Shown here: piece after piece, positions 49,718 to 58,447 of the stretch
Numbering within the stretch: the first letter of the stretch is position 1
Layout of the letters: every line of letters starts with the position of its first letter
Source of the DNA: Alphaproteobacteria bacterium
GTDB lineage: Bacteria > Pseudomonadota > Alphaproteobacteria > MPNO01 > UBA830
DNA length: 64,000 bases
Assembly (NCBI GenBank): GCA_965243135.1
Contig: OZ251539.1
Coordinates: forward strand, 4,832,001 to 4,896,000
Direction: 5' to 3'
Notes under the pieces: model-generated
Told to the model about the DNA's origin: nothing
Database searches by the model: none
What the model saw: only the letters and a program-made list of their open reading frames with translations
Position numbers and translations under genes: made by a program

Positions 49718-51106
49718 TCAGTGGCGCTTGTCAAAATATGCGAAAAGCTCCTGGGCGGTCCGGCTGGTCCTGACGTGGGCCGTCGCCTCCTGAAATTGTT
49801 CGGGGTCGACGATGCTGTCGAGCATGGCCTTCAAGCGTTCTCCCGCTTCGGCGTCGAACCTTTCGGCTGCGAGATCGGCCAAGAGTTCGCGGCTTGAGGC
49901 CCTGAACCCCTCGGCCCGTGCGTCGGACGCCTCGGCCCGTGCGTCGGAGGCTTCGGCCCGTGCGTCGGACGCCTTGGCCCTTGCGTCGAAGGCGTCGGCC
50001 CGCGCGTCGGATGCCGCCGCCCGTGCGTCGGAGGCGTTGGCCCTTTCCACGGCCGCATCGTAATGTTGAGCGAATCCGGTCATAAAAGGCACTCCTTTCA
50101 GCGCGGCTTCGGGAAAATGTCTGGCTCCCAGTGCCGCTGTCGTCATGAGAAGATGGCGTAACGGGCGATACTTGTCCAACGGAAGCAGCCTGTCCAGTTC
50201 CTCGGCGGCCCGGAGCGTGTCGGCGCGATCGCCCCGGCACAACCGGAAATAAGCCGCCGCAGGGTTGTCCCTGTAACGGGAATAATCCGTCCGGTGGACA
50301 TCCTGGACAGCGTACCGCACGTGCGGCCTGTGGTGGAAATCCAGCTCGGGCTCCTCCGGCGGATCCGCGAGGTCGTCCGCATCCCCCGTGGCGTTCCATG
50401 GCTGCGTTCCGGTATGGACGACCGTCGTAACGATGGAGGGGATCCGTCCGGTTGGGCCGACGAGCTCCGCATGGTTCTTGCGGATGGTCTGCCACAGCTC
50501 GCTGCGGTAGCAGCCCATGCGTTCCGCCATCCTGTGGTCGACGCCGGACTGGAATTCGACGACGACTACGACGGGCCGGCGGTCCCGCCGCTCCAGAACG
50601 AGAATCATGTCGCTGCGGAGGGTTCGGCTGAGCGCGTGGGAGACGAGTTCGCCGTCGATCCTGCGGATGACCGCATCGTCCGGCACCATGTGAGCAGGCA
50701 GGATCGTCCGCAGCAGGCCTCTCGCCATGACGGGATAACCGAAAGTGAACCGGGCGATCGCGTCGTGAGGATAGCGCCCCGGCATGCTCAGCAACTGCAA
50801 GGGCGTCCGCCCGCGTCCGTCCGGCAGGCCCGGGTTCGCGCCGCGTTCGACGAGAGCGGTGAAGTCCGCGTAGTTCTCGTCGCCGGCGGCGTAGTGAAGC
50901 GGCGAGAACCCCTCGTTGTCCGCGACGTCGAGATCGGCGCCGGCCGCGGCCAGAGCTTCGATGGCGGCCGTGTACCCGCAATCGACGGCGTGGTGAAGGA
51001 GCCTTCGACCGTCCGGTTCGACCGGATCGTTCAGCCGGTGGAACAGCTCCACGATGCTTTCCGGCGAACCTGTCCTGACGGCGTCGGCGAGCGTTCGTTC
51101 GTTCAT
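49718..51106 (-). CDS. Ankyrin-repeat + Rpn (PD-(D/E)XK, Transposase_31-like) fusion protein
   Basis: GRRLLHHA..GADLD..G.SPLHYAA..GANP...GRTPL; then HDAIAR, SDMIL, VEFQSGVDHRMAERMGCY, VVHTGTQPW; internal AAAGGAG RBS with ATG at 50083. Confidence 0.88.
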   Translation of the reverse strand: MNERTLADAVRTGSPESIVELFHRLNDPVEPDGRRLLHHAVDCGYTAAIEALAAAGADLDVADNEGFSPLHYAAGDENYADFTALVERGANPGLPDGRGRTPLQLLSMPGRYPHDAIARFTFGYPVMARGLLRTILPAHMVPDDAVIRRIDGELVSHALSRTLRSDMILVLERRDRRPVVVVVEFQSGVDHRMAERMGCYRSELWQTIRKNHAELVGPTGRIPSIVTTVVHTGTQPWNATGDADDLADPPEEPELDFHHRPHVRYAVQDVHRTDYSRYRDNPAAAYFRLCRGDRADTLRAAEELDRLLPLDKYRPLRHLLMTTAALGARHFPEAALKGVPFMTGFAQHYDAAVERANASDARAAASDARADAFDARAKASDARAEASDARAEASDARAEGFRASSRELLADLAAERFDAEAGERLKAMLDSIVDPEQFQEATAHVRTSRTAQELFAYFDKRH

Positions 51107-52365
51107 TTCGTCGTCTCCTTGCGTTGTCTTTCCGACCCGGCCCCTGCCGTCTCCGGCGTCGCCCGCCCGCCGCCACCCCGTTTTGGCAAGCCGACTGCGT
51201 TCCCCTTTATACCATCGTTCTCCGTTTTACCATAGCGTGGATTGCCGCGTCCAGCTGAAATCGACGGACGCGCGAATTTCTGCTTCCGCGAGCGCGCGTC
51301 TTCCCCCGCCAATCTCGCGACCTTCTTCATCACCGTCGGCAACGCGTGATCCTCCAGCCTGCGGCACCAGACGCCTTCTATGCCGTCCGTCCGAGGCACG
51401 TGCGCCGCCAATACGGAAAGCTCCAGCCGGAAATGGGTGAAAGCGTGGCGCACGATTCCGTCGACCGGGCGCCAGTCCGCTTCGACCGGCGCTTCCTTCT
51501 CGGCGGCGGCGCGGGACCACCCCTCCTCGCGCCACGCGGTGGATGGAACCTCCATCAACCCGCCCAACAGGCCGTTTTCGGGCCGGCGGCGAAGAAGCAC
51601 GTCTCCATCCGGCGACGTGATCCAGAACGCGACCCCTCGCCGCGTCGGGAGTTCCGGTTTGGGGGGCCTGCGCGGCAGCGCCGCGGCGTCGCCCCGGGCA
51701 TGCGCGGCGCACGCTTCCTTCAGGGGGCAGACGGAGCAGGCAGGCGTTCCCGGCGCGCAAACCGTCGCCCCGAGATCCATGACGGCCTGCGCGTAGTCCC
51801 CGCAGCGGCTTTCCGGCGTCAGCGACGCCGCCATGTCGCGCAGAATCCTCTTCGCCGCCGGCAACGGCGCGTCGACCGCGAACAGCCGGGCCATGACGCG
51901 CTCCACGTTGCCGTCGACCGGCGTCGACCGGCGTTCGAACGCGATGGCCGCGATCGCGGCGGCGGTGTAGGGACCGATGCCCGGCAACGCTCGCAGATCT
52001 TCCTCGCGATCGGGAAACGCGCCGAGATCGACGACCGACATCGCGCATTTGTGGAGGTTCCGCGCCCGCGCGTAGTATCCGAGCCCCGCCCAGGCGTGCA
52101 GAACCTCGTCGAGGCTCGCGGCGGCGAGATCTCGGACGGTGGGCCACCGCCGAATGAACGTCTCGTAATAGCGCGCCACGGCGGCGGCCGTCGTCTGCTG
52201 CAGCATCACTTCGCTGAGCCATACCGCGTAGGGATCGGGCCGAATGCCCGGCGGAGCACGCCAGGGAAGGACGCGGCGCTTCCGGTCATACCAGGCGAGC
52301 AGCGCCCGCGCGCAATCTTCCGTTGCCCGGGGCGAGCCCGTCTCGCGCGTAAGTTGCTGATTCAC
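51103..52365 (-). CDS. mutY: A/G-specific adenine glycosylase with a C-terminal extension
   Basis: LPWR..PYAVWLSEVMLQQT, WAGLGYYARARNL, LPGIGPYTA, VDGNVER, C-x6-C-x2-C-x5-C, HAFTHF. Confidence 0.95.
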   Translation of the reverse strand: MNQQLTRETGSPRATEDCARALLAWYDRKRRVLPWRAPPGIRPDPYAVWLSEVMLQQTTAAAVARYYETFIRRWPTVRDLAAASLDEVLHAWAGLGYYARARNLHKCAMSVVDLGAFPDREEDLRALPGIGPYTAAAIAAIAFERRSTPVDGNVERVMARLFAVDAPLPAAKRILRDMAASLTPESRCGDYAQAVMDLGATVCAPGTPACSVCPLKEACAAHARGDAAALPRRPPKPELPTRRGVAFWITSPDGDVLLRRRPENGLLGGLMEVPSTAWREEGWSRAAAEKEAPVEADWRPVDGIVRHAFTHFRLELSVLAAHVPRTDGIEGVWCRRLEDHALPTVMKKVARLAGEDARSRKQKFARPSISAGRGNPRYGKTENDGIKGNAVGLPKRGGGGRATPETAGAGSERQRKETTK

Positions 52366-52388
52366 GATCCCGAGAATAACATGCCGGC

Positions 52389-52877
52389 ATGGCCGGAAAA
52401 CGACATGACGACCAGCGGCGCAGGGCGAGCGGCCTGTTGGGCATCTCCGTCAGCCTGCCCGCGATCGCCTCGGTCGCCTTGCGGAAGCGCGGGTTCGTCC
52501 AGGCCCGTCTCGCGACCGACTGGCCCGCGATCGTCGGCGAGGAAATCGCGGAAAAAGCGATCCCGCAAAAACTCGTCGCGCCTCCGAAGGGCGGCGCGAG
52601 GCTCCACGTTCGCGTGGAATCCGCGTTCGCGGTCGAACTCAAGCACATCGAGCCGCAGGTTCTCGAACGAATCAACGCCTTCTTCGGATACCGCGCCGTC
52701 GAGAAGTTGTTCCTGGAGCACGGGGCCGTGCCGCCCCGGAAGAAACCCCGGCCGAAGATCCTCCAGGCCGAACCGGCGGCGAACCCGCTTCTGGAACGAA
52801 TCGAGGATGCCGGCCTCCGCGAATCGCTCCGGCGGCTCGGACGGGCGGTGGGCGCCGGGCGCGGCCCGCAACTCTGA
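52389..52877 (+). CDS. DUF721 / DciA-family protein
   Basis: RGF..ARL..DWPAIVG, A.ELKH.EPQVLERINAFFGYRAV; sits between mutY and dsbA. Confidence 0.85.
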   Translation: MAGKRHDDQRRRASGLLGISVSLPAIASVALRKRGFVQARLATDWPAIVGEEIAEKAIPQKLVAPPKGGARLHVRVESAFAVELKHIEPQVLERINAFFGYRAVEKLFLEHGAVPPRKKPRPKILQAEPAANPLLERIEDAGLRESLRRLGRAVGAGRGPQL

Positions 52878-53003
52878 GTTCTCCCTGTCGGCGGGCGCCC
52901 GGAAGCGGCGCGGACGCGCATCCGGGAAACCGTCGATCATGCGGTAGACGATTCAATCTCTGCCATATATGGTGTGAAACGAGCTGAAGAGGAGTTACCG
53001 GAC

Positions 53004-53627
53004 ATGTGGAAAACGCTGTTCGCTGCAACGGTCGCCCTCGCGGTGTCGGCCGGGGCGCCGCAGGCGCAAGAGCCGCCGGCGCCGTCCGGCGAGGTCCCCG
53101 ATCTCAGGATCGACGATTCGGACTATGCGCTGGGTCCGGCCGACGCGAAAGTCGTGGTGGTGGAGTATGCGTCGCTCACCTGCCCGCATTGCGCCGACTT
53201 CCACAAGAACGTGCTGCCCGGCATCAAGAAGGGCTTCATCGACGCCGGCAAGGTCCGTTACGTCTATCGCGATTTCCCGCTCGACCGCGTCGCGCTCGCC
53301 GCCGCCTCTGTCGCGCGCTGCGCCGGCCGTCCGAACTTCTTCGGCTTCATCGAAACCTTCTACGCGACGCAGGATCGATGGGCGCGCGCGTCCGACCCGA
53401 TCGCCGCCCTGGAGAAGCTCGCCCGCCTCGGCGGCATGTCGAAAGAGAAATTCGACGGCTGCTTCGGAGACGCCGCCGTCGGCGACGAAATCCTGAAGCG
53501 GCGGCTGGAAGCGTCCGAGGATTTCAAGGTGACGGGCACGCCGACCCTGTTCGTGAACGGGAAACGGTACGGCGCCATGTCGCTCGACCAGTTCGAAACG
53601 CTTCTCGGCCGCTTGCTGTCGGAATAG
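53004..53627 (+). CDS. dsbA: DsbA-family thioredoxin
   Basis: Signal peptide, EYASLTCPHC, RDFPLD, GTPT. Confidence 0.9.
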   Translation: MWKTLFAATVALAVSAGAPQAQEPPAPSGEVPDLRIDDSDYALGPADAKVVVVEYASLTCPHCADFHKNVLPGIKKGFIDAGKVRYVYRDFPLDRVALAAASVARCAGRPNFFGFIETFYATQDRWARASDPIAALEKLARLGGMSKEKFDGCFGDAAVGDEILKRRLEASEDFKVTGTPTLFVNGKRYGAMSLDQFETLLGRLLSE

Positions 53628-53655
53628 CGGACCGACGGAAGGGAGATCCTGAAAG

Positions 53656-56600
53656 TTGCAGTTCGACCGCATGCGAATCGCCGGATTCAAGTCCTTCGTC
53701 GAGCCGACCGAACTCCTCTTCGAGGAAGGCTTGACCGGCGTCGTGGGACCGAACGGCTGCGGTAAATCGAACCTCGTCGAAGCTTTGCGCTGGGCCATGG
53801 GCGAAACCTCCGCAAGGCAGGTGCGCGGCAGCGAGATGGACGACGTCATCTTCTCCGGCGCGGCCAACAGGCCTCCGCGCAACCTTGCCGAGGTGATTCT
53901 CACGCTCGACAATTCCGATCGACGCCTGCCCGCGCAGTTCAACGACTCCGACCAGATCGAAGTGGCCCGGCGCATCGAACGCGGTCACGGGTCGGCATAC
54001 AGGGTTAACGGAGTCGACGTCAGGGCCCGCGACGTCCAGACGCTGTTCGCCGACGCGGCGAGCGGCGCGCGCTCGATGGCGCTGGTCAGCCAGGGCCGCG
54101 TCGGCGCGATCATCGCCGCGAAGCCGACCGAGCGCCGCGCCTTGCTGGAGGAAGCGGCGGGCATCTCCGGGCTGCATGCCCGGCGCCACGAAGCGGAACT
54201 CCGGCTCCGCGCCGCCGAAGCGAATCTGGAGCGGCTGGAAGACGTCATCGGCGCGCTCGAAGAGCAGCACCGGCAGTTGAAACGGCAGGCGCGGCAGGCC
54301 ACGCGCTACCGCAATCTGTCCGACCACATTCGCAGGCACGAAGCGATTCTTCTCCACCTGCGCTGGACCGCGGCCGGCGCGGAGAAAGAGCGCGCCGCCG
54401 AAGAATTCGCGGCCGTCGAGGCGCAGGTCGCCGAGCGGACGCGATCGGTCGCCGCGGCCGCGACCGCCCAGGCGAACGCGTCGACCGCCCTGCCCGGCCT
54501 GCGGAACGACGAAGCGGAGGCGGCCGCGGCGCTGCAGCGCCTGACGGCGGCGCGCAACGCGCTCGATGCCGAGGAACGGCGCATCGACGCCGCGCGAAAC
54601 GAAACCGCGACGCGCATCGCCCAGATAGACGGCGACGCCGAACGCGAGCGCGGCATCGGCGCCGAGGCGAAAAAAACGGCCGCCGAACTCGAGACGGAGG
54701 CCGAAGGGATCGAAACGGCGCGGCGGCGCGAAGCCGGAGAGATCGAGGAATCGGGAAAACGGCTGGCGAACGCGGAACAAGGAGTCGGCGAAAGCGAGCG
54801 AACGCTTGCCGAGCTCATGCGCTCGGTGGTTGCGGACGAGACTCGCGAAGCGGCGCTGAAGCGGCAACTCGCGGAATTTGGGGACCGCCGCAAACGGCTT
54901 GACGAGCGCCTCGGCGGAATCGCGGCGGAACGCCGCGCGGCCGAGGCGGAAGCGGACGACGACGGCGCGCTCGACGAGGCGCGCCGGGCCGTGTCGGAAG
55001 CGCGGCGCGTTCTGGAGGCGCGCCGGGCCGTGTCGGAAGCGGAGGAAACGCGCGCGGCGGAAGCCCGCGCCGCCGACAACGACGCGCGCGAGGCGCATCA
55101 GGCCGCCGAAACGGCGGCAGCCAAGCTGCGCGCGGAAAAGGAGGCGCTTACGGAACTTCTGGAAGTCGCGGACCCGCAGCTATGGCCGCCCATGATCGAC
55201 GCGGTCGCGGTGCAGCCCGGATACGAAGTGGCGCTCGGAGCGGCGCTCGGCGACGATCTCGTCGCGTCGTCCGACGAGGCGTCGCCGGTTCACTGGCGCA
55301 ACCTGCCCGCCCTGTCCGACGCGCCCGAATTACCCGAAGGGGTCGAAGTTCTCGGCGACAATGTCGCAGGACCGCCCGGTCTCGCCCGCCGACTTTCGCA
55401 GATCGGTGTCGTCGGCGACGACGAACAGGGATGGGCGCTGTTCGGGCGTCTCGCGCAGGGACAGCGGCTGGTTTCGAAGAACGGAGCCCTCTGGCGCTGG
55501 GACGGCTTCACGGCGACCGCCGGCGCGCCGACCGCGGCCGCGACGCGCCTCGCGCAGCGTAACCGCCTGGAGGCGATGCGCGGCGATTTCGCCGCCGCCG
55601 AACGCTGCGAGGAGGAAACGAGCGCGCGGCGCGAAGAAACCGGCCTCGCCGCGCAAGCCGCGTCGGAACGCGAGCGCGCGGCGCGGACGGCGGCGCGGGA
55701 AGCCGACGAGGCGTTCCAGAAGGCCCGCGACGCCGCATCGTCCCTGGCGGAAAAGACGGCCGAGGCGCGCTCCCGCGTCAACGGCCTGATCGAAGCCGGC
55801 GAACGGATCGGAACCGACCTGACCGAACTGGCCGACCAGGAAAAAACCGCAAGGGAACAGCTCGAGACCCTCTCCGACGTCGGCGAGCGGCGATCCATGG
55901 TCGAACGCCGGCAGCGAGAGCTCGCCGAGCGCCGCGCGCGGCTCACGGAAGCCCGCAGCGCCCACGACCGCTTGAGCCGGGAAGCCGCGAGCCGCGCCCA
56001 ACGTCTCAAGATGATCGCGAACGAGCTCCAGTCATGGCGCAACCGTTCGGAAAACGCGGCGCAGCAGCTTGACCGCCTGGCGGAACGACGGGCGCTGGAA
56101 GTCGCGGAACTGGACAAGCTTCGGGCGCGGCCGAGGGAAATCGCCGAAGAGCGGACCGCCCTGCTCGACCGCAGCGAGGCGGCGGAAAAACGGCGCAACG
56201 AGGCCGCCGACGCCCTTGCCGTCGCCGAAACGCAGCTCGACGAGCTTACCCGCGACTTGCGCCGCAGCGAAGCGCGCCTCGCCGAAACGCGGGAAGAACG
56301 GATCAGAAAGGAAGCCGCGATCGGACAGGTCGAGCAGAAGCTCGCCGCGATAGCGGAACGCGTCGCGGAACGTCTGGAATGCTCGCCGGAAAACGCGCTG
56401 GCCTCGGTCGGCCTTTCCTCAGACGAGGAACTGCCGCCGCAGGACGCGGCCGAAACCAAGCTGGAACGGCTGCAGCGGGAACGGGACAACATGGGACCGG
56501 TCAATTTGCGCGCCGAGCCGGAAGCGGCGGAGCTCGACGGCAAGATCCGGAGCATGGAGGCCGAGCGCGGCGACCTCACCGCCGCGATTTCCAAGCTGCG

Positions 56601-57117
56601 TCACGGAATCTCGGGCCTCAACCGCGAAGGCAGGGAGCGGCTGCTCGCCGCCTTCAGCGAGGTCGACGAACATTTTCGGGAACTGTTCGGCAGGCTGTTC
56701 GGCGGCGGGCGGGCTCACCTGCAGCTCACGGAAGCGGCGGATCCATTGGAAGCCGGCCTCGAAGTCTACGTGAGTCCTCCCGGAAAGCGGCTGCAAAGCA
56801 TGACGCTGCTGTCGGGCGGGGAACAGGCGCTCACGGCGCTCGCTCTGCTGTTCGCGGTCTTCCTCACCAACCCCGCGCCGGTCTGCGTCCTCGACGAGGT
56901 GGACGCGCCGCTGGACGACAGCAACGTCGATCGCTTTTGCGCGCTGCTGGACGAAATGACGCGCCAGTTGCGGACGCGCTACCTGCTGGTGACCCACCAC
57001 CGCCTGACGATGGCGCGCATGGACCGGCTGTACGGCGTGACGATGGCGGAACCCGGCGTGTCGCAAATCGTTTCCGTCGACCTGCAGACTGCCGAACGAC
57101 TCCGTCAATCCGCCTGA
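53656..57117 (+). CDS. smc: Chromosome segregation protein SMC
   Basis: GFKSF, GPNGCGKSN, coiled coils and hinge, LSGGE, LDEVDAPLD. Confidence 0.96.
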   Translation: MQFDRMRIAGFKSFVEPTELLFEEGLTGVVGPNGCGKSNLVEALRWAMGETSARQVRGSEMDDVIFSGAANRPPRNLAEVILTLDNSDRRLPAQFNDSDQIEVARRIERGHGSAYRVNGVDVRARDVQTLFADAASGARSMALVSQGRVGAIIAAKPTERRALLEEAAGISGLHARRHEAELRLRAAEANLERLEDVIGALEEQHRQLKRQARQATRYRNLSDHIRRHEAILLHLRWTAAGAEKERAAEEFAAVEAQVAERTRSVAAAATAQANASTALPGLRNDEAEAAAALQRLTAARNALDAEERRIDAARNETATRIAQIDGDAERERGIGAEAKKTAAELETEAEGIETARRREAGEIEESGKRLANAEQGVGESERTLAELMRSVVADETREAALKRQLAEFGDRRKRLDERLGGIAAERRAAEAEADDDGALDEARRAVSEARRVLEARRAVSEAEETRAAEARAADNDAREAHQAAETAAAKLRAEKEALTELLEVADPQLWPPMIDAVAVQPGYEVALGAALGDDLVASSDEASPVHWRNLPALSDAPELPEGVEVLGDNVAGPPGLARRLSQIGVVGDDEQGWALFGRLAQGQRLVSKNGALWRWDGFTATAGAPTAAATRLAQRNRLEAMRGDFAAAERCEEETSARREETGLAAQAASERERAARTAAREADEAFQKARDAASSLAEKTAEARSRVNGLIEAGERIGTDLTELADQEKTAREQLETLSDVGERRSMVERRQRELAERRARLTEARSAHDRLSREAASRAQRLKMIANELQSWRNRSENAAQQLDRLAERRALEVAELDKLRARPREIAEERTALLDRSEAAEKRRNEAADALAVAETQLDELTRDLRRSEARLAETREERIRKEAAIGQVEQKLAAIAERVAERLECSPENALASVGLSSDEELPPQDAAETKLERLQRERDNMGPVNLRAEPEAAELDGKIRSMEAERGDLTAAISKLRHGISGLNREGRERLLAAFSEVDEHFRELFGRLFGGGRAHLQLTEAADPLEAGLEVYVSPPGKRLQSMTLLSGGEQALTALALLFAVFLTNPAPVCVLDEVDAPLDDSNVDRFCALLDEMTRQLRTRYLLVTHHRLTMARMDRLYGVTMAEPGVSQIVSVDLQTAERLRQSA

Positions 57118-57602
57118 CCTCGGCAAGACGCTGCCGCCGGCCTCGCGGAGATGCGGACAGCGGGCGAGGAACCGCCCGGAAGCGCAAGCCTTGGCGCCCC
57201 GGGCTTGGCCTTCTGCAGGCGGCCGAGCGTATGCGCGACCGGTTGCCGGACAGGCGCGCGGCTTGAAGCGGCGCCGCGATCATTGGCTTAGAATGGCGGT
57301 TCGGCAGTTTTGACGAGCTCCGTCAAAGCGAGCCTCGACTCGCCGTCGGTCGATTTCCGAAGGTCGCGAGAATATTCCGGCTCGGCACCGACGCCCGGAC
57401 CGTTCGACTTGCTTCGGCTGAAAATTCCGGCTGCGCTGCCCGATGTCATGGACGGTCGGCACGTGGACGATTCGTTGAAGCGGGATAAGCGAGACCATGA
57501 ACGGCCGTTTCCGTCCCCAGTCTCGCGTCCCGGCGGACACGCCGTAACGGAACTCGAAAAAGGGGCACTTTCGTCTGTGGACGATCAACCGAGGAACGGA
57601 AA

Positions 57603-57881
57603 ATGACCACGCGCAAAATCACTATCGACATTCCGGAAAGCGCGCTGACGGCCGCAAAGACGGACGAGCGCGCTTTCGCTCGCGAACTCCCCGTGCTGGC
57701 CGCGATCAAGCTTTACGAGCTTGGGCGTCTTTCATCCGGACAGGCTGCGGAACTCGCCGGAATGGCCCGTGCCGAATTCCTGTTTGCGCTTGATCGTCAC
57801 AAGGTCTTTCCATTCGAGACGGAGTTGAGCGACCTGGAGGATGGTCGGCGGCGGGGGCCGCGCCGGATATCCGAAGGTTGA
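57603..57881 (+). CDS. UPF0175-family antitoxin-like protein, no toxin partner
   Basis: LAAIKLYELGRLSSGQAAELAGM.R.EFL. Confidence 0.8.
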   Translation: MTTRKITIDIPESALTAAKTDERAFARELPVLAAIKLYELGRLSSGQAAELAGMARAEFLFALDRHKVFPFETELSDLEDGRRRGPRRISEG

Positions 57882-58080
57882 CTGGGCTGCGTGTGCGTCC
57901 CGGGCTGCGGATGGCGGAGCCTGCTCGTCCGTGAAAGGGCTTGCGCCGCGCCGTAGCGGCGACATGGTTCTCGTTGTGGGCGGCGTGGTGAAGCGGCGAG
58001 TGCTCCCGGTTGTCCGCGGCGTCGAGATCGGCGGCCGGGGAGGCGACGATCGGCGCGCCCCTTTCCGGACCTCGGCGGCG
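57870..58080 (-). pseudogene. Decayed paralogue of the ankyrin N-terminus of 49718-51106
   Basis: ADLDAADNREHSPLHHAAHNENH versus ADLDVADNEGFSPLHYAAGDENY. Confidence 0.7.
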
Positions 58081-58447
58081 TAGAGGGCACGACCCTTTCG
58101 GTCTTTCGGGTCGTTCGGCGCGGCACGCAGGTTTCGTCTCTTCCGAAAGCCGACCGTTGCCCGGCGTGGCTGCCTCGAAACCTGCGTTCGCGCCGCGGAA
58201 CGACGGCGCGCTCGAGGAGAGCTCGCCGACAGAGCCGGAAGCTGCGCCCCGACCGGCGACTCCGCCGACAGGCGGTTCCCCTCGAAGCGCAGCCGCGCCT
58301 CGCGAAACTTCCCGCATTCCCGCTGTCCGGGTCGTCTCCGTTCTTCTTTCGGAGACGCTCGGCGGGACGACTCGTGGACTGCCTGAACCGGAAAGATCGT
58401 CCGGCGCGCGGACCGTCGTCCGTTAACGACGTGCAGTCGCGTCAGGG

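Larger units (their letters stand above)
48937..50083 (-). repeat. Three tandem copies of the Rpn tail with near-identical 87-88 bp spacers and internal 21-bp repeats
   Basis: Spacers 49198-49285 and 49631-49717 align almost base for base. Confidence 0.92.

Noticed and set aside
48937-50083. Repeat-spacer appearance suggesting a CRISPR array or DGR template/variable repeats
   Set aside because: The units are protein-coding, the spacers are near-identical, differences are not adenine-specific, and no cas or reverse transcriptase gene is present
54976-55041. 27-bp exact direct repeat (EARRAVSEA twice) in the smc coiled coil
   Set aside because: In-frame local duplication in low-complexity helix; no evidence of function
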